From the NCBI GenBank assembly GCA_030684355.1, contig JAUXTN010000093.1, forward strand, positions 99,202-163,201: 64,000 bases of DNA, given 5' to 3'. The stretch comes from Pseudomonadota bacterium. Its GTDB lineage: Bacteria; Myxococcota_A; UBA796; SXON01. A program made the translations under genes and the position numbers. The notes under the pieces were generated by a model that was not told where the DNA came from, searched no databases, and worked only from the letters and a program-made list of their open reading frames with translations. Positions 47,035-56,609 of the stretch are shown in pieces (the first letter of the stretch is position 1; each line of letters opens with the position of its first letter).

Positions 47035-48234
47035 TCAACGCACCCAGATCGCCTGTGCCCCGCCGGCCGTCGGGTAGTAGAGCCAGCTTCCGCCCCAGGC
47101 CGTCGCGAGGCAGTTCGAGCCGTCGCTGCCGCAGAGCGTGAGGCCCGCGTTGGCGCCCGGGCTCTCCGAGAAGTCCCACCCGGAGCCGAGCGAGCCGTGC
47201 CCCTTGCAGTCGAGCGGGGCGCCCGGCGGGGTGTCCACGCCGCCGATCCCGGCGTCCGTGTAGGCCGCGGCGCCGCCGCACCAGTAGTAGCCCTCCTCGC
47301 CGTAGAGGTAGTAGCCGTCGCTCCCGAAGGGGATGCGGAGGCGATCGCGCGGGATGACGCGGGACCCGTAGGTCTCGGTGCCGGCGTAGTAGGACGCGAC
47401 GCGCAGGTCGGCCCAGTCGAGCGGCTCCAGGTCGAGCCACGCGAGCACCGGCGCGCCCGACGTGGTGGCGGCCTCCGGGGACGCCCCGAGGTCGTCCGGG
47501 TCGAGGTCGCCGCCCCCGAACCCCGTGTGGATGCCGGCCCCGGCGGAGGTGCTCAGCATCCCCAGCGTCCACCCGCCGCCGTCCGTCGTCATGTCGCACC
47601 ACACCTCGGCGGCCCCGCCCGACGCGAGCGCGAGCCAATAGCCCCCGTCCGCCGCCGTGCCGCGGGCCTCCAGCGCCGCGAGGCAGCTCTCGGCCGGGCA
47701 CCCGCGCCCCGCGCCCGCCTCGGTGCTGGCGCTCCCGTCGCAGTCGCGGTCGACGCCGTCGCAGGCCTCGTCCGCGCCCGGGTAGGCGGTCACGTCGGTG
47801 TCGTCGCAGTCCCCGCCCTCGAGCGTCAAGCCGTCGCCGAGCACGCACGCGCCCACCACCCCGTCGTCGCCGTAGCCGTCGCCGTCGGCGTCCGCGTAGA
47901 AGGGCAGGGGATCGGCGAGGTCGTCGTCGGCGTCGTCCACCCGCGCGTCGCAGTCGTCGTCGGCGCCGTTGCACACCTCGGGGGCGCCGGGGTGGACGGT
48001 GAAGTCGGTGTCGTCGCAGTCCGAGGCGTCGGTCACCGACGAGCCGGCGCACCAGGGAGCGGGCACCGCGAGGTCCCCGTAGCCGTCGAGGTCGGCGTCC
48101 GCGTAGCAGGGGGGGGCGGTGTCGGGGGTGCCGGTGTCCGTACCCGTGGTGGTCCCGGTGTCGTCGGCGTCGGGGCCGGTGTCGGGTTTCCCCGCGGGGT
48201 CGCCGCCGCACGCCGTCAGGAGGAGGAGCAGCAT
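47035..48234 (-). CDS. Lipoprotein with two MopE-type Cys-rich motifs and a C-terminal fibrinogen-like (FReD) domain
   Basis: Lipobox MLLLLLTACGG with a DTG linker. It has DCDDTDFTVHPGAPEVCNGADDDCD and DCDDTDVTAYPGADEACDGVDRDCDG. It then reads CLAALEARGTAADGGYWLAL...AEVWCDMTTDGGGWTL, the fibrinogen C-domain signature. Its ATG overlaps the upstream TGA. Confidence 0.8.
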   Translation of the reverse strand: MLLLLLTACGGDPAGKPDTGPDADDTGTTTGTDTGTPDTAPPCYADADLDGYGDLAVPAPWCAGSSVTDASDCDDTDFTVHPGAPEVCNGADDDCDARVDDADDDLADPLPFYADADGDGYGDDGVVGACVLGDGLTLEGGDCDDTDVTAYPGADEACDGVDRDCDGSASTEAGAGRGCPAESCLAALEARGTAADGGYWLALASGGAAEVWCDMTTDGGGWTLGMLSTSAGAGIHTGFGGGDLDPDDLGASPEAATTSGAPVLAWLDLEPLDWADLRVASYYAGTETYGSRVIPRDRLRIPFGSDGYYLYGEEGYYWCGGAAAYTDAGIGGVDTPPGAPLDCKGHGSLGSGWDFSESPGANAGLTLCGSDGSNCLATAWGGSWLYYPTAGGAQAIWVR

Positions 48235-50795
48235 CACGATCCGCTCCCGGGCTGCGAGCGCCGCCGTCTCACGAGGCCCCCGACCAGGAGCAGCGCGCCC
48301 AGCCCAGGCGCCGTCGCCCCGCTCGCGCACCCGCACGCCGACTCGCTCCCGCCGTCCGGCGTCTCCGGATCGGGCGTCTCCGGCGCCGCCGTGTCCACGA
48401 TCCCGTCGGTGTCCCCGGTGTCCCCGGTGTCCCCCGTGTCCCCCACGTCCACCACCCCGCCGCGCACGCCCCGCAGCGCGTCGAGGTCCTGCTCGCCGTC
48501 CGCCCACACGTTCGGCGCCCCGAAGGTCGAGCGCGTGGCATCCTCGTAGTCCGCCGTGTCCCGCCGGATCGCGTCCGTCGGCGTCTCCGCGAGGTAGCCC
48601 ACCTCGGTCGACCCGATGGCGTTCGTCCGCCCCACGCCCTCGCCGGCCGGCCCGAAGCGCACGTGCCCGTCGGGATCCGAGGCGGTGAGCTGCCAGTCCT
48701 GGTGTGTCACGTCGAACGCCGCGGCGCTCACGTACACGCCGCTGCCCGCCGCGCCCGCCTTCAGGTGGAACCGCCAGTCCCCGCCCTCGGGATCGTAGGC
48801 GGCGTCCTCGGGGAGGTCCTCCGCGATGGTCAGGATCGTCCCCGCGCGCAGCCCCTCGAGCACCGGCGCGTCGGTGAAGGTGAGCGTGCCGGCCTCCCCG
48901 GAGCGGTCCGCGAAGGCGAGCGTCCACCCGCGCAGGTCCAGGCCCTCCTCCAGCACGAGCAGCTCGATCCAGTCGCCGCCGTTGCCGACCCGTCGCCCGA
49001 GCGCGCTGTCGGCGCCCTCCCCGTCGACGAGCTCCCCCTCGTCGCCCCCGAGCGACTTCCCCGTCTCGACCGCGTTCCACTCGTTCAGCACGAACGGCGG
49101 CGCGGCGTCGACCTCGTAGAAGCCCTGCTCCAAGGGCCCCCACGTGTCGCCGTCCCGCAGCCGCGCCTTCACGACCGTCGACGCGTCGAGCGTGACCGTG
49201 CGCGCGCCGTCCGGCCCCAGCGCCGCGGCGGACGTGGCGCCCCCCGGGAGCCGCGGATCCTGCCCGTCGAGCGACACCCACAGCTCCGCCGTCGAGCCCT
49301 CCGGCGCCTCGACGGTGAGCGTCGTCCCCGCCGCGACGAGCCCCTCGGCGACGTCGAACGTCGGCGCGTCGAGCGGGTACCAGCCGGCGGCGCGCACCTG
49401 GCGGTAGAGCTCGTCGGTCCGAACGGGGAAGTATTGCGTCAGGAGGCGATCCCGCTCGGTCACCCACTCGCCGTCGCGGTCCCACCAACCGAAGCCCCAG
49501 CGCGCCGACTCGGCGACCACGCCGTCCTCCGCGAGCCCGGCGAGGCGGGCGTAGCGATCCCCGGCCTCCGTCGCCGAGAGGGGCCCCGAGAGGTTGCGGT
49601 GGATGGCATCCGCGAGGGCGACCCGGAAGTCGGGGTGCGACTCCGTGAGGAGGTAGTAGAAGACGTAGGAGGGGCCGCCGTTGTTGAGGATGTTGACCGT
49701 GTAGTCGTAGTAGAGGCAGATGTCGGAGTCGGAGCTGTGGAAGCGGAACCCGACCCGCCCCGGCTCGGTGGGCCCCACCGCGATCCAATTGTGGTACGCG
49801 CTCCAGTCCCAGGCGTTGCCCGCGTAGAAGTTGAGCACCATGTAGTCGAGGAAGTCCTCGACGTTCACCCACTCGCGGAAGGTCTCGAAGTCGGTCGAGC
49901 TCGCGACGGCCGACGCCCAGGCCGCTCCGCTCCCGTCGAACGCCGTGCCCCCGTTGACGGCCTCGTAGTCGTCCTCGTCCCCACCCAGGTACTCGGCGAG
50001 CATCGCCGCGTTCATGCGCTCGCGCACCTGGTAGAGCCCGTTGTAGACCCCGTTGACATAGACGTGCGTGAACCGCCCGTGCGGCGCGACGTGGCCCATC
50101 TCCAACTGCGACTCGTCCATCCAGAAGTTGCGCAGGTGCTGGCCCTGCCCGCCCAGGTAGAAGACGGTGTCGTGGTTGCCGCCGCGCAGGCTCAGCGCGT
50201 CGTGCTCGTCGGCCGGCGCGAGGCCGGTGGCGTCCTCGCCGTAGATGTCGAGATCGAGCTTCCCGGGGCCGTACTCGCCCCGGAACAGGATGCGGAAGCT
50301 GGTCTTGGCGTAGGCCCAGCTCGTGCCACCCGAGATGTAGGCGCCGCAGTTGACCCCCACGTCGTCGCCGTCGGGGTCGATCCACTCCAGCGACGCCGCC
50401 TGCTCGCTCATCGCCATGCCGCCGGGCACCACCAGCGAGATCGTCGGCAGCTCGCGCAGGCTCGACTCGACGATGGGTCCGTACGTTGGATCGTTCACGA
50501 TGAGGGGGTCCATCACGGGGTCGGCGAGCACGTCGGTCATCGAGACGTAGGTGTGGGTGACCACGTCCGACCGGGTCCCGTCCGCGGCGACCTCCACCGC
50601 CCGCACGATCGTCGTGCCGTCGACCGTGAGGGGGGCTGTGTAGGCGACGGCGGGCCCGCTGCCGTCGACGCTGTAGAGCAGCGTGCCCCCCGCGCCGGGA
50701 GTGAGCGTGAGCACGAAGGGCGCGTCGTAGAGGCCACGCTCCACGTCGAACCCGGGGGTTGCCAGCGCCGGAGCGGACAGGAGCGCGAGGAGCAT
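48234..50795 (-). CDS. CotH-family protein with chitobiase-C-like Ig modules, a lamin-tail domain and a MYXO-CTERM-like sorting signal
   Basis: The CotH core reads SLRGGNHDTVFYLGG...GRFTHVYVNGVYNGLYQVRERMN...LDYMVLNFYAGNAWDW. The LTD reads FVLNEWNAV...GDWIELLVLEEGLDLRGWTL. The C-terminus is GDTGDTGDTGDTDG...SACGCASGATAPGLGALLLVGGLVRRRR. Confidence 0.85.
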   Translation of the reverse strand: MLLALLSAPALATPGFDVERGLYDAPFVLTLTPGAGGTLLYSVDGSGPAVAYTAPLTVDGTTIVRAVEVAADGTRSDVVTHTYVSMTDVLADPVMDPLIVNDPTYGPIVESSLRELPTISLVVPGGMAMSEQAASLEWIDPDGDDVGVNCGAYISGGTSWAYAKTSFRILFRGEYGPGKLDLDIYGEDATGLAPADEHDALSLRGGNHDTVFYLGGQGQHLRNFWMDESQLEMGHVAPHGRFTHVYVNGVYNGLYQVRERMNAAMLAEYLGGDEDDYEAVNGGTAFDGSGAAWASAVASSTDFETFREWVNVEDFLDYMVLNFYAGNAWDWSAYHNWIAVGPTEPGRVGFRFHSSDSDICLYYDYTVNILNNGGPSYVFYYLLTESHPDFRVALADAIHRNLSGPLSATEAGDRYARLAGLAEDGVVAESARWGFGWWDRDGEWVTERDRLLTQYFPVRTDELYRQVRAAGWYPLDAPTFDVAEGLVAAGTTLTVEAPEGSTAELWVSLDGQDPRLPGGATSAAALGPDGARTVTLDASTVVKARLRDGDTWGPLEQGFYEVDAAPPFVLNEWNAVETGKSLGGDEGELVDGEGADSALGRRVGNGGDWIELLVLEEGLDLRGWTLAFADRSGEAGTLTFTDAPVLEGLRAGTILTIAEDLPEDAAYDPEGGDWRFHLKAGAAGSGVYVSAAAFDVTHQDWQLTASDPDGHVRFGPAGEGVGRTNAIGSTEVGYLAETPTDAIRRDTADYEDATRSTFGAPNVWADGEQDLDALRGVRGGVVDVGDTGDTGDTGDTDGIVDTAAPETPDPETPDGGSESACGCASGATAPGLGALLLVGGLVRRRRSQPGSGS

Positions 50796-50823
50796 GGGGC
50801 GGATGGTACTTGATCGTGCGCTG

Positions 50824-51819
50824 CTACGCGCCCCACTCGAGCACGAGGCTCGCCATGCTCATGCCGCCGCCCGAGCCGATGAACACGCAAAGATCGCCGT
50901 CCCGCACCTTGCCCGCGGTCACGGCGTCCGCGACACACATGCCGATCGAGGCCGACCCGGTGTAGCCGTAGCGGTCCATCACGAGGTGGGCGCGGGCGCG
51001 GGGCACCCCGAGCGCGTCGAGCGTCTCGTAGATCGATTGGACGTTGAATTGGGTGAGGAACCAATGCGTCACGTCGGCGGGCTTCTTCCCGACGCGATCG
51101 AGCACGATGCCCGCGATGCGCGGCCAATGGATGCCGTTGGTCTCGGGCGGGATGCGCTTCGGGAACGCGAGCAGGTGCTCGTTGCGAGCGAGCACGCCGG
51201 CGTCCAGGGGGGTCTTGCTGCCGCCCGCGTAGATGCCCATGTGATCGTGGTACTGCCCGGCGGTCCACAAGTGGCTCGCCCCGAACCCGCGCCCGCTCGT
51301 GGTGGCGCGCACCACCGCCGCACCCGCGCCGTCGGCGAACAACGTGGCGATCTTGTAGTCGTCGAGGTTCAACCACTTGCTCATCGCGTAGGCACCGACG
51401 ACGAGGATGGTCTGGTACTGCTCGTCCGCGCGGATGTACTTGTCGGCGAGGTCGAGCGCCGTCACGAACCCCGCGCAAGCGGTGTTGATGTCGAACGTGC
51501 CCGCGCGCGTGGCGCCGAGCTTGAACGACACGACCGACGCGGTCGACGGGGAGAGGTAGTCGGGCGTATCGGTGGAGACGACGATGAGATCGAGGTCCTC
51601 CGCGGTGACCCCCGCGGCCGCCATCGCGTCGCGCGCGGCGGGCACGACGAGGTCGGAGGTGCACTGCTCCGGCGCCATCCACCGGCGCTCGTGGATGTTG
51701 CGCTGCTCGCGTAGGAACGTGGAGATGTCACGCTGGTAGCGGGCGTCGAAGAACGCGTTCGGCACGACGCGCTCGGGGGCGTACATGCCGGTTCCGGTGA
51801 TGGTGGCGCGGCGGGACAT
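50824..51819 (-). CDS. 3-oxoacyl-ACP synthase III (KAS III / FabH-like)
   Basis: ITGTGMYAPERVV, the active-site Cys in NTACAGF, and SGGGMSM near the C-terminus. ATG 51819 was chosen. Confidence 0.8.
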   Translation of the reverse strand: MSRRATITGTGMYAPERVVPNAFFDARYQRDISTFLREQRNIHERRWMAPEQCTSDLVVPAARDAMAAAGVTAEDLDLIVVSTDTPDYLSPSTASVVSFKLGATRAGTFDINTACAGFVTALDLADKYIRADEQYQTILVVGAYAMSKWLNLDDYKIATLFADGAGAAVVRATTSGRGFGASHLWTAGQYHDHMGIYAGGSKTPLDAGVLARNEHLLAFPKRIPPETNGIHWPRIAGIVLDRVGKKPADVTHWFLTQFNVQSIYETLDALGVPRARAHLVMDRYGYTGSASIGMCVADAVTAGKVRDGDLCVFIGSGGGMSMASLVLEWGA

Positions 51820-51947
51820 CGGGGCTCTCCGGGGCGGGGGCGCGCCCGGTAGCGCGATCCGGGCCCGCGGGCACGGCCGCGCGGCGGGAAGGTCGGGCGC
51901 TACTCTGGGCGCTGCTCTGAGCGCTCTCTGGACGCTACCGTGGGCGG

Positions 51948-52370
51948 CTACTGCACGAGCGTGGGGTCGAACGTCCAGTTGATGGCGCAGCTCTCGGCGA
52001 GCGCCCCACAATCCTCTCCGTCGCAGCTCGCCAGGAGCTCCCAATCGGAGTTGAACGCGAACGACGCCACCCACTCGCCCACGATGGTCACGCGGGTCTC
52101 GATGTGCGCGCCGGGCACCCGATCCTCGTCCGCCTGGAGGCAGTTGAACGCGGTGTCGAACAGGGTGCACTCCACCGCGCCGTCGAGCGTCATGCTCTCG
52201 CCGTCCTCCGCGATGCGCACGTCCGTCGCGTTCGCGGCCTGCAACCCCGCGAGATCGACCCCCCAGACGTCCTCGCACGCGGCGTCGGCGGTGAAGCCCT
52301 CGACCTCGCCCAGGTAGGTGCCGTCCGTCGGCTGGATGAACGTGCACGCGGCGAGGGCGATGAGGAGCAT
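51948..52370 (-). CDS. Hypothetical small lipoprotein (140 aa, 6 Cys after the lipobox)
   Basis: MLLIALAACTF lipobox. Composition is acidic and protein-like with high GC3. Confidence 0.6.
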   Translation of the reverse strand: MLLIALAACTFIQPTDGTYLGEVEGFTADAACEDVWGVDLAGLQAANATDVRIAEDGESMTLDGAVECTLFDTAFNCLQADEDRVPGAHIETRVTIVGEWVASFAFNSDWELLASCDGEDCGALAESCAINWTFDPTLVQ

Positions 52371-52519
52371 GAGCGTTCCAGGCGACCCGTCGCCCCTAAC
52401 GGCGAGCGCGCCTGTCGCCAACGCGCCCTGCCAACGCGCCCCCCACGTTGGCACCGTCGTGTTCGCGGGTTGACCATCGTGCATGCGTGCGTAGCTCAGG
52501 CCCTTCGTAGGAGCCCCCC

Positions 52520-52987
52520 ATGAAGATCGACATCGGCATCTCGGAACCGGAGCGCGAGCAGATTGTGGAGGGGCTCTCCCGCCTCCTCGCCGACACGTAC
52601 ACGCTCTACCTGAAGACGCACAACTTCCACTGGAACGTGACCGGGCCGATGTTCAACACGCTCCACCTCATGTTCATGGCGCAGTACACGGAGATGTGGA
52701 CCTCCGTGGACCTCGTCGCCGAGCGCATCCGCTCCCTCGGGGCCCCCGCGCCGGGCAACTACGCGGACTTCGCGCGGTTGACCTCCATCCCCGACAGCCC
52801 GGGCGTGCCCGCGGCCATGGAGATGGTGAAGTTGCTCGTCGAGGGGCACGAGGCCGTGATCCGCACGGCGCGGTCGGTGTTCCCGGTGGTCGACAAGGCG
52901 GGGGACGAGGCCTCGGCGGACTTGTTGACCCAGCGCCTCCAGGTGCACGAGAAGACCGCGTGGATGCTGCGGAGCCTGCTGGAGTAG
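52520..52987 (+). CDS. dps: Dps (DNA starvation/stationary-phase protection ferritin-like protein)
   Basis: [31 protein letters not shown]...[11 protein letters not shown]...[12 protein letters not shown] is typical Dps. Confidence 0.9.
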   Translation: MKIDIGISEPEREQIVEGLSRLLADTYTLYLKTHNFHWNVTGPMFNTLHLMFMAQYTEMWTSVDLVAERIRSLGAPAPGNYADFARLTSIPDSPGVPAAMEMVKLLVEGHEAVIRTARSVFPVVDKAGDEASADLLTQRLQVHEKTAWMLRSLLE

Positions 52988-53196
52988 TCCGGTAGGAGAC
53001 CGGGGCCCCCGGCGGCGAGGACGCCGCCGTCGCCGTCCTCTGGGCTCGCGCTCCGCGCTCGGTCCGCCGCGTCGCCAGGGGCGTCGCGTCGGGACCGCCG
53101 GCGCGGACGCCGGCGCCCGCCGGATGGCTGGGCCGGGGGAGGGGCCTGCCGCTTCCTGTATTCATAGGGTCGCGTCGTGTCGCGCGCTGTCACCTT

Positions 53197-54642
53197 ATGG
53201 TGTGGCTTGGGAGGTCACCCGCCCGCCGGCGGCGGGAGCCCTACCTTCAGCGGGTGACCCACGCCCCGCCCGCACGCCCCGCGCCCGCACGCCCCTCACC
53301 GGGCGCTCGCGACGCGCCCCCCGACCGCGCATCGCCCCCCGGCCGCGCGGCCCCCTCCGACCGGGAGGCGCTCCGCGCGCGGTTCCACGCGGTCCGGAGC
53401 GCCACGGAGGCCCTGGCGGCGCCGCTCTCGCCCGAGGACCAGCAGCTCCAGTCGATGCCGTCCTGCAGCCCGACCAAGTGGCATCGCGGCCACACCACGT
53501 GGTTCTTCGAGGCCTTCGTGCTCGGGCCCCTCGGGACGCCCCCGCACGACCCCCGGTTCGCCGTGCTCTTCAACTCCTACTACGAGGCGCTCGGCCCGCG
53601 GCACCCGCGCCCGCACCGGGGGCTCCTCTCGCGGCCGACGGCGGCCGAGGTGGGCGTGTGGCGCGCGCGGGTGGACGAGCGCGTGGACCGCCTGCTCACG
53701 ACGGCCGACGGCGCGACCCTCGCGCGGATCGCGCCGCTCGTGACGCTGGGCCTCGCGCACGAGGAGCAGCACCAGGAGTTGCTCCTGACCGACATCCTCC
53801 ACGCGTTCGCGCAGAACCCGCTGCGGCCGGCGTACCGGTCGGGCGGGGGGCCGGCCAGGCTCCCTGCGCAGGGGGGCGCCTCGTCGGTCGACCCGGCGCC
53901 GCCCGGGTGGGTGGCGTTCGAGGAGGGCCCGGCCGAGATCGGGGCCGCCGTGCAGGCCTCCGCCGCGCGCGCGGAGTTCGCGTTCGACAACGAGGGGCCG
54001 CGGCACCGGGTGTGGCTCGCGCCGTACGCGCTCGCCACGCGGCTCGTGACGGTGGGGGAGGCGCGCGCCTTCGTGCAGGCCGGCGGCTACGACACGCCCT
54101 CGCTCTGGCTCTCCGACGGGCTCGACTTCGTGCGCAGCCACGGCCTGCGCGCGCCCGGCTACGTGAAGGTGGAGGACGGCGCGTGGCGGGTGTTCGGCCT
54201 CGACGGCCTCCGCGAGGCCCGGGACGACGAGCCGGTCGCGCACCTGTCCTTCTACGAGGCCGATGCGCTCGCGCGGTTCCTCGGGGCGCGCCTGCCGACC
54301 GAAGCGGAGTGGGAGCGGGCGGCTTCGGGCGCGCCGACCGTCGGCAACCTGCGGGACACCGACGCGCTCCGCCCCTTGCCGGCAGCCGGGACGGGCCTCA
54401 CCCAACTGTATGGGGACGCCTGGGAGTGGACCGCTTCGGCCTACGCGCCGTACCCGGGCTACACACCCGCCGCCGGCGCCGTAGGAGAATACAATGGCAA
54501 GTTCATGGTGAACCAGCTCGTGCTGCGCGGCGGGAGCTGCCTCACGCCGCCGGGGCACATCCGGGCGACCTACCGAAACTTCTGGCATCCGGACACCCGG
54601 TTCCAGGTGACGGGCCTCCGCCTCGCCCGGGATCTCCCGTGA
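53197..54642 (+). CDS. egtB: Ergothioneine biosynthesis sulfoxide synthase EgtB (DinB_2 plus FGE-sulfatase domains)
   Basis: SPTKWHRGHTTWFFE, LGLAHEEQHQELLLTDI, FAFDNEGPRHRVWL, RLPTEAEWERAA, GDAWEWTASAYAPYPGY, VLRGGSCLTP. The start is uncertain: ATG 53197 gives a Pro/Arg-rich extension, and GTG near 53254 is an alternative. Confidence 0.85.
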   Translation: MVWLGRSPARRRREPYLQRVTHAPPARPAPARPSPGARDAPPDRASPPGRAAPSDREALRARFHAVRSATEALAAPLSPEDQQLQSMPSCSPTKWHRGHTTWFFEAFVLGPLGTPPHDPRFAVLFNSYYEALGPRHPRPHRGLLSRPTAAEVGVWRARVDERVDRLLTTADGATLARIAPLVTLGLAHEEQHQELLLTDILHAFAQNPLRPAYRSGGGPARLPAQGGASSVDPAPPGWVAFEEGPAEIGAAVQASAARAEFAFDNEGPRHRVWLAPYALATRLVTVGEARAFVQAGGYDTPSLWLSDGLDFVRSHGLRAPGYVKVEDGAWRVFGLDGLREARDDEPVAHLSFYEADALARFLGARLPTEAEWERAASGAPTVGNLRDTDALRPLPAAGTGLTQLYGDAWEWTASAYAPYPGYTPAAGAVGEYNGKFMVNQLVLRGGSCLTPPGHIRATYRNFWHPDTRFQVTGLRLARDLP

Positions 54643-55637
54643 GCGTGCTCGCCGCGGACGCCGTGGGGATCGATCCGGCGGTGGCCCGGGTGGTGCGCGA
54701 GGGCTTGACGCAACGCCACAAGCGGCTCCCGCCCTGGCTCCTCTACGACGCCGAGGGCTCCCGGCTCTTCGAGCGCATCACGACGTTGCCGAGCTACTAC
54801 CTGACCCGCGCGGAGCGGGCGGTGCTGGAGCAGCACGGGCCCGAGATCGTGGAGGCCGCGGGCCCATGCAACTCTGCCGGGGCGATCGACGAGGTGGTCG
54901 AGCTCGGCGCGGGGACCGCGACCAAGTCCCAGCTCCTGCTCCGCGTGTTGGTGGCCCGCGACGGCGCCACGCGCTTCGTGCCCGTCGACGTGTCGGCCGC
55001 CCCCGTGAACGCGGCGCGCGCGCGCCTCGCCCGCGACCTCCCGACGGTGACGGTGGCGCCGCGCTTCCAGCACCACGAGGCCGCGCTGGCCGCGCTCGCG
55101 GCGATCCCCGCCCGCCGCCTCGTCCTGTTCCTGGGCAGCTCCATCGGCAACCTGGAGCCCGCCGAGGCCGCGTCGCTGCTGCGCGCGGTCCGCGCCTGTG
55201 TCACCCCGACGGGCGCGCTCGTCCTCGGCACGGATCTGCGCAAGTCGCCCGACGTGCTCGTGCCCGCCTATGACGACCCCGAGGGGGTCTCGGCGGCGTT
55301 CAACAAGAACGTGCTCGCGCGCATCAACCGCGAGTTGGGTGGCACGTTCGACCTCGGGGCGGTGCGGCACGTCGCCGAGTGGAACGGGGCCGGCTCCCGG
55401 ATGGACATGTACCTGGAGAGCACGCGCGAACAGGCCGTGTTCATCGCGGCGCTCGGCCTCACCGTGCGCCTCGCGGCGGGCGAGCGCATCCACACCGAGA
55501 GCAGCCGCAAGTACGGGCTCGAGGACGTCGACGCCCTGCTGGGCGGCGCCGGCCTGGAACGGTGGCGGACGTGGACGGACGCCGGGGGGCGGTTCGCGGT
55601 GCACGTGGCGGGGCGCCCCGGGGCGGCGCGGAGTTAG
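54639..55637 (+). CDS. egtD: L-histidine N-alpha-methyltransferase EgtD
   Basis: LPPWLLYDAEGSRLFERITTLPSYYLTRAE, ELGAGTATKS, FLGSSIGNL, AFNKNVLARINRELG, ESSRKY. The GTG start overlaps the egtB TGA (GTGA). Confidence 0.9.
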   Translation: MSVLAADAVGIDPAVARVVREGLTQRHKRLPPWLLYDAEGSRLFERITTLPSYYLTRAERAVLEQHGPEIVEAAGPCNSAGAIDEVVELGAGTATKSQLLLRVLVARDGATRFVPVDVSAAPVNAARARLARDLPTVTVAPRFQHHEAALAALAAIPARRLVLFLGSSIGNLEPAEAASLLRAVRACVTPTGALVLGTDLRKSPDVLVPAYDDPEGVSAAFNKNVLARINRELGGTFDLGAVRHVAEWNGAGSRMDMYLESTREQAVFIAALGLTVRLAAGERIHTESSRKYGLEDVDALLGGAGLERWRTWTDAGGRFAVHVAGRPGAARS

Positions 55638-55697
55638 GCAGGGGCTGCCCGGCGCGGCGGCCCGTCACGCGTTCGTTCGGGACGGGTCAAGCGCCCT

Positions 55698-56450
55698 TCA
55701 CGGCCAGAGCGCGTCGCTCGCGAACGCCGATTCAGCGACGATTGCGACGGCGGCGTAGTCGCCGAGGAGCGACGGATGCCCGCAACTGAACGCCGTGGAG
55801 ACGTTGCTGCGCTCCTGGTGCCCGCCGTGCACGAACACCCCTTCATCGCGTGTGACATGCTCGCCGAACGGGAGGGTGAACGAGCCGTCCCCGTCGGTTG
55901 CCACGAAGTCGCGCCGGGCCTCGTCCTGGCAGCGCCCCGACGCGGTGCACGCCGCCTCGCCCTCCGCGAAGGTGACACCGGCGCCGGGCTCGAGCGCGGC
56001 CGCCGGGTCGGAGCCGCCGGCACGCGCCAGGCCGACCCACAGGCGGCGCACACCGTCGGCGCCGCTTAGCGAGAAGGAGCTGGCAGACGGGCCCTCCTCG
56101 ACCACCATCGTCACGACCTCCCCGACCGCCACGAGGTCCGGCGCCCCCGCGATGAACCACGCGTCTCCGGGCGAGCCCGTGTCGGTCTCCAAGGTCAGGT
56201 GGATCCAGGGACCGTTCCAGCCCATCTGGACGCCCCGGCCCGCACCCCCGGCTTCCGGGGTCTCGGCGCTGTCCAGCGTGTCACGGGCGAGCACCGTCGC
56301 GACCACGGTGGTGGTTTGCGTCTCGGCGACATCGGTGGTGTCGCTGGTGTCCGTGGCCTCCGGTTCGGCAAACTCGGGCAGGTTGACCCCGCCCCCCACG
56401 AGCGGGGCGTCCAGGGAGCAGTCGCACGCGAGAAGCAGCAGGAAGATCAT
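55698..56450 (-). CDS. Hypothetical lipoprotein (250 aa)
   Basis: MIFLLLLACDCS lipobox with GGAG 5 nt upstream. Composition is acidic and T-rich. An alternative start, ATG 56486, gives the leader MERAAPCIRGVPMIFLLLLAC. Confidence 0.6.
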   Translation of the reverse strand: MIFLLLLACDCSLDAPLVGGGVNLPEFAEPEATDTSDTTDVAETQTTTVVATVLARDTLDSAETPEAGGAGRGVQMGWNGPWIHLTLETDTGSPGDAWFIAGAPDLVAVGEVVTMVVEEGPSASSFSLSGADGVRRLWVGLARAGGSDPAAALEPGAGVTFAEGEAACTASGRCQDEARRDFVATDGDGSFTLPFGEHVTRDEGVFVHGGHQERSNVSTAFSCGHPSLLGDYAAVAIVAESAFASDALWP

Positions 56451-56609
56451 CGGGACTCCGCGGATGCACGGGGCTGCACGTTCCATGCCAGGCCCGGCGA
56501 TGCAGGAGAATTCGACCGGGCGTCCGCCAGCCGCTCCTCGACGCGACAATCGGATCGTCGACGGCGCCGGGCCCCACATCTGCGGCCTTGCGCTACTGTA
56601 TGATGGGGC

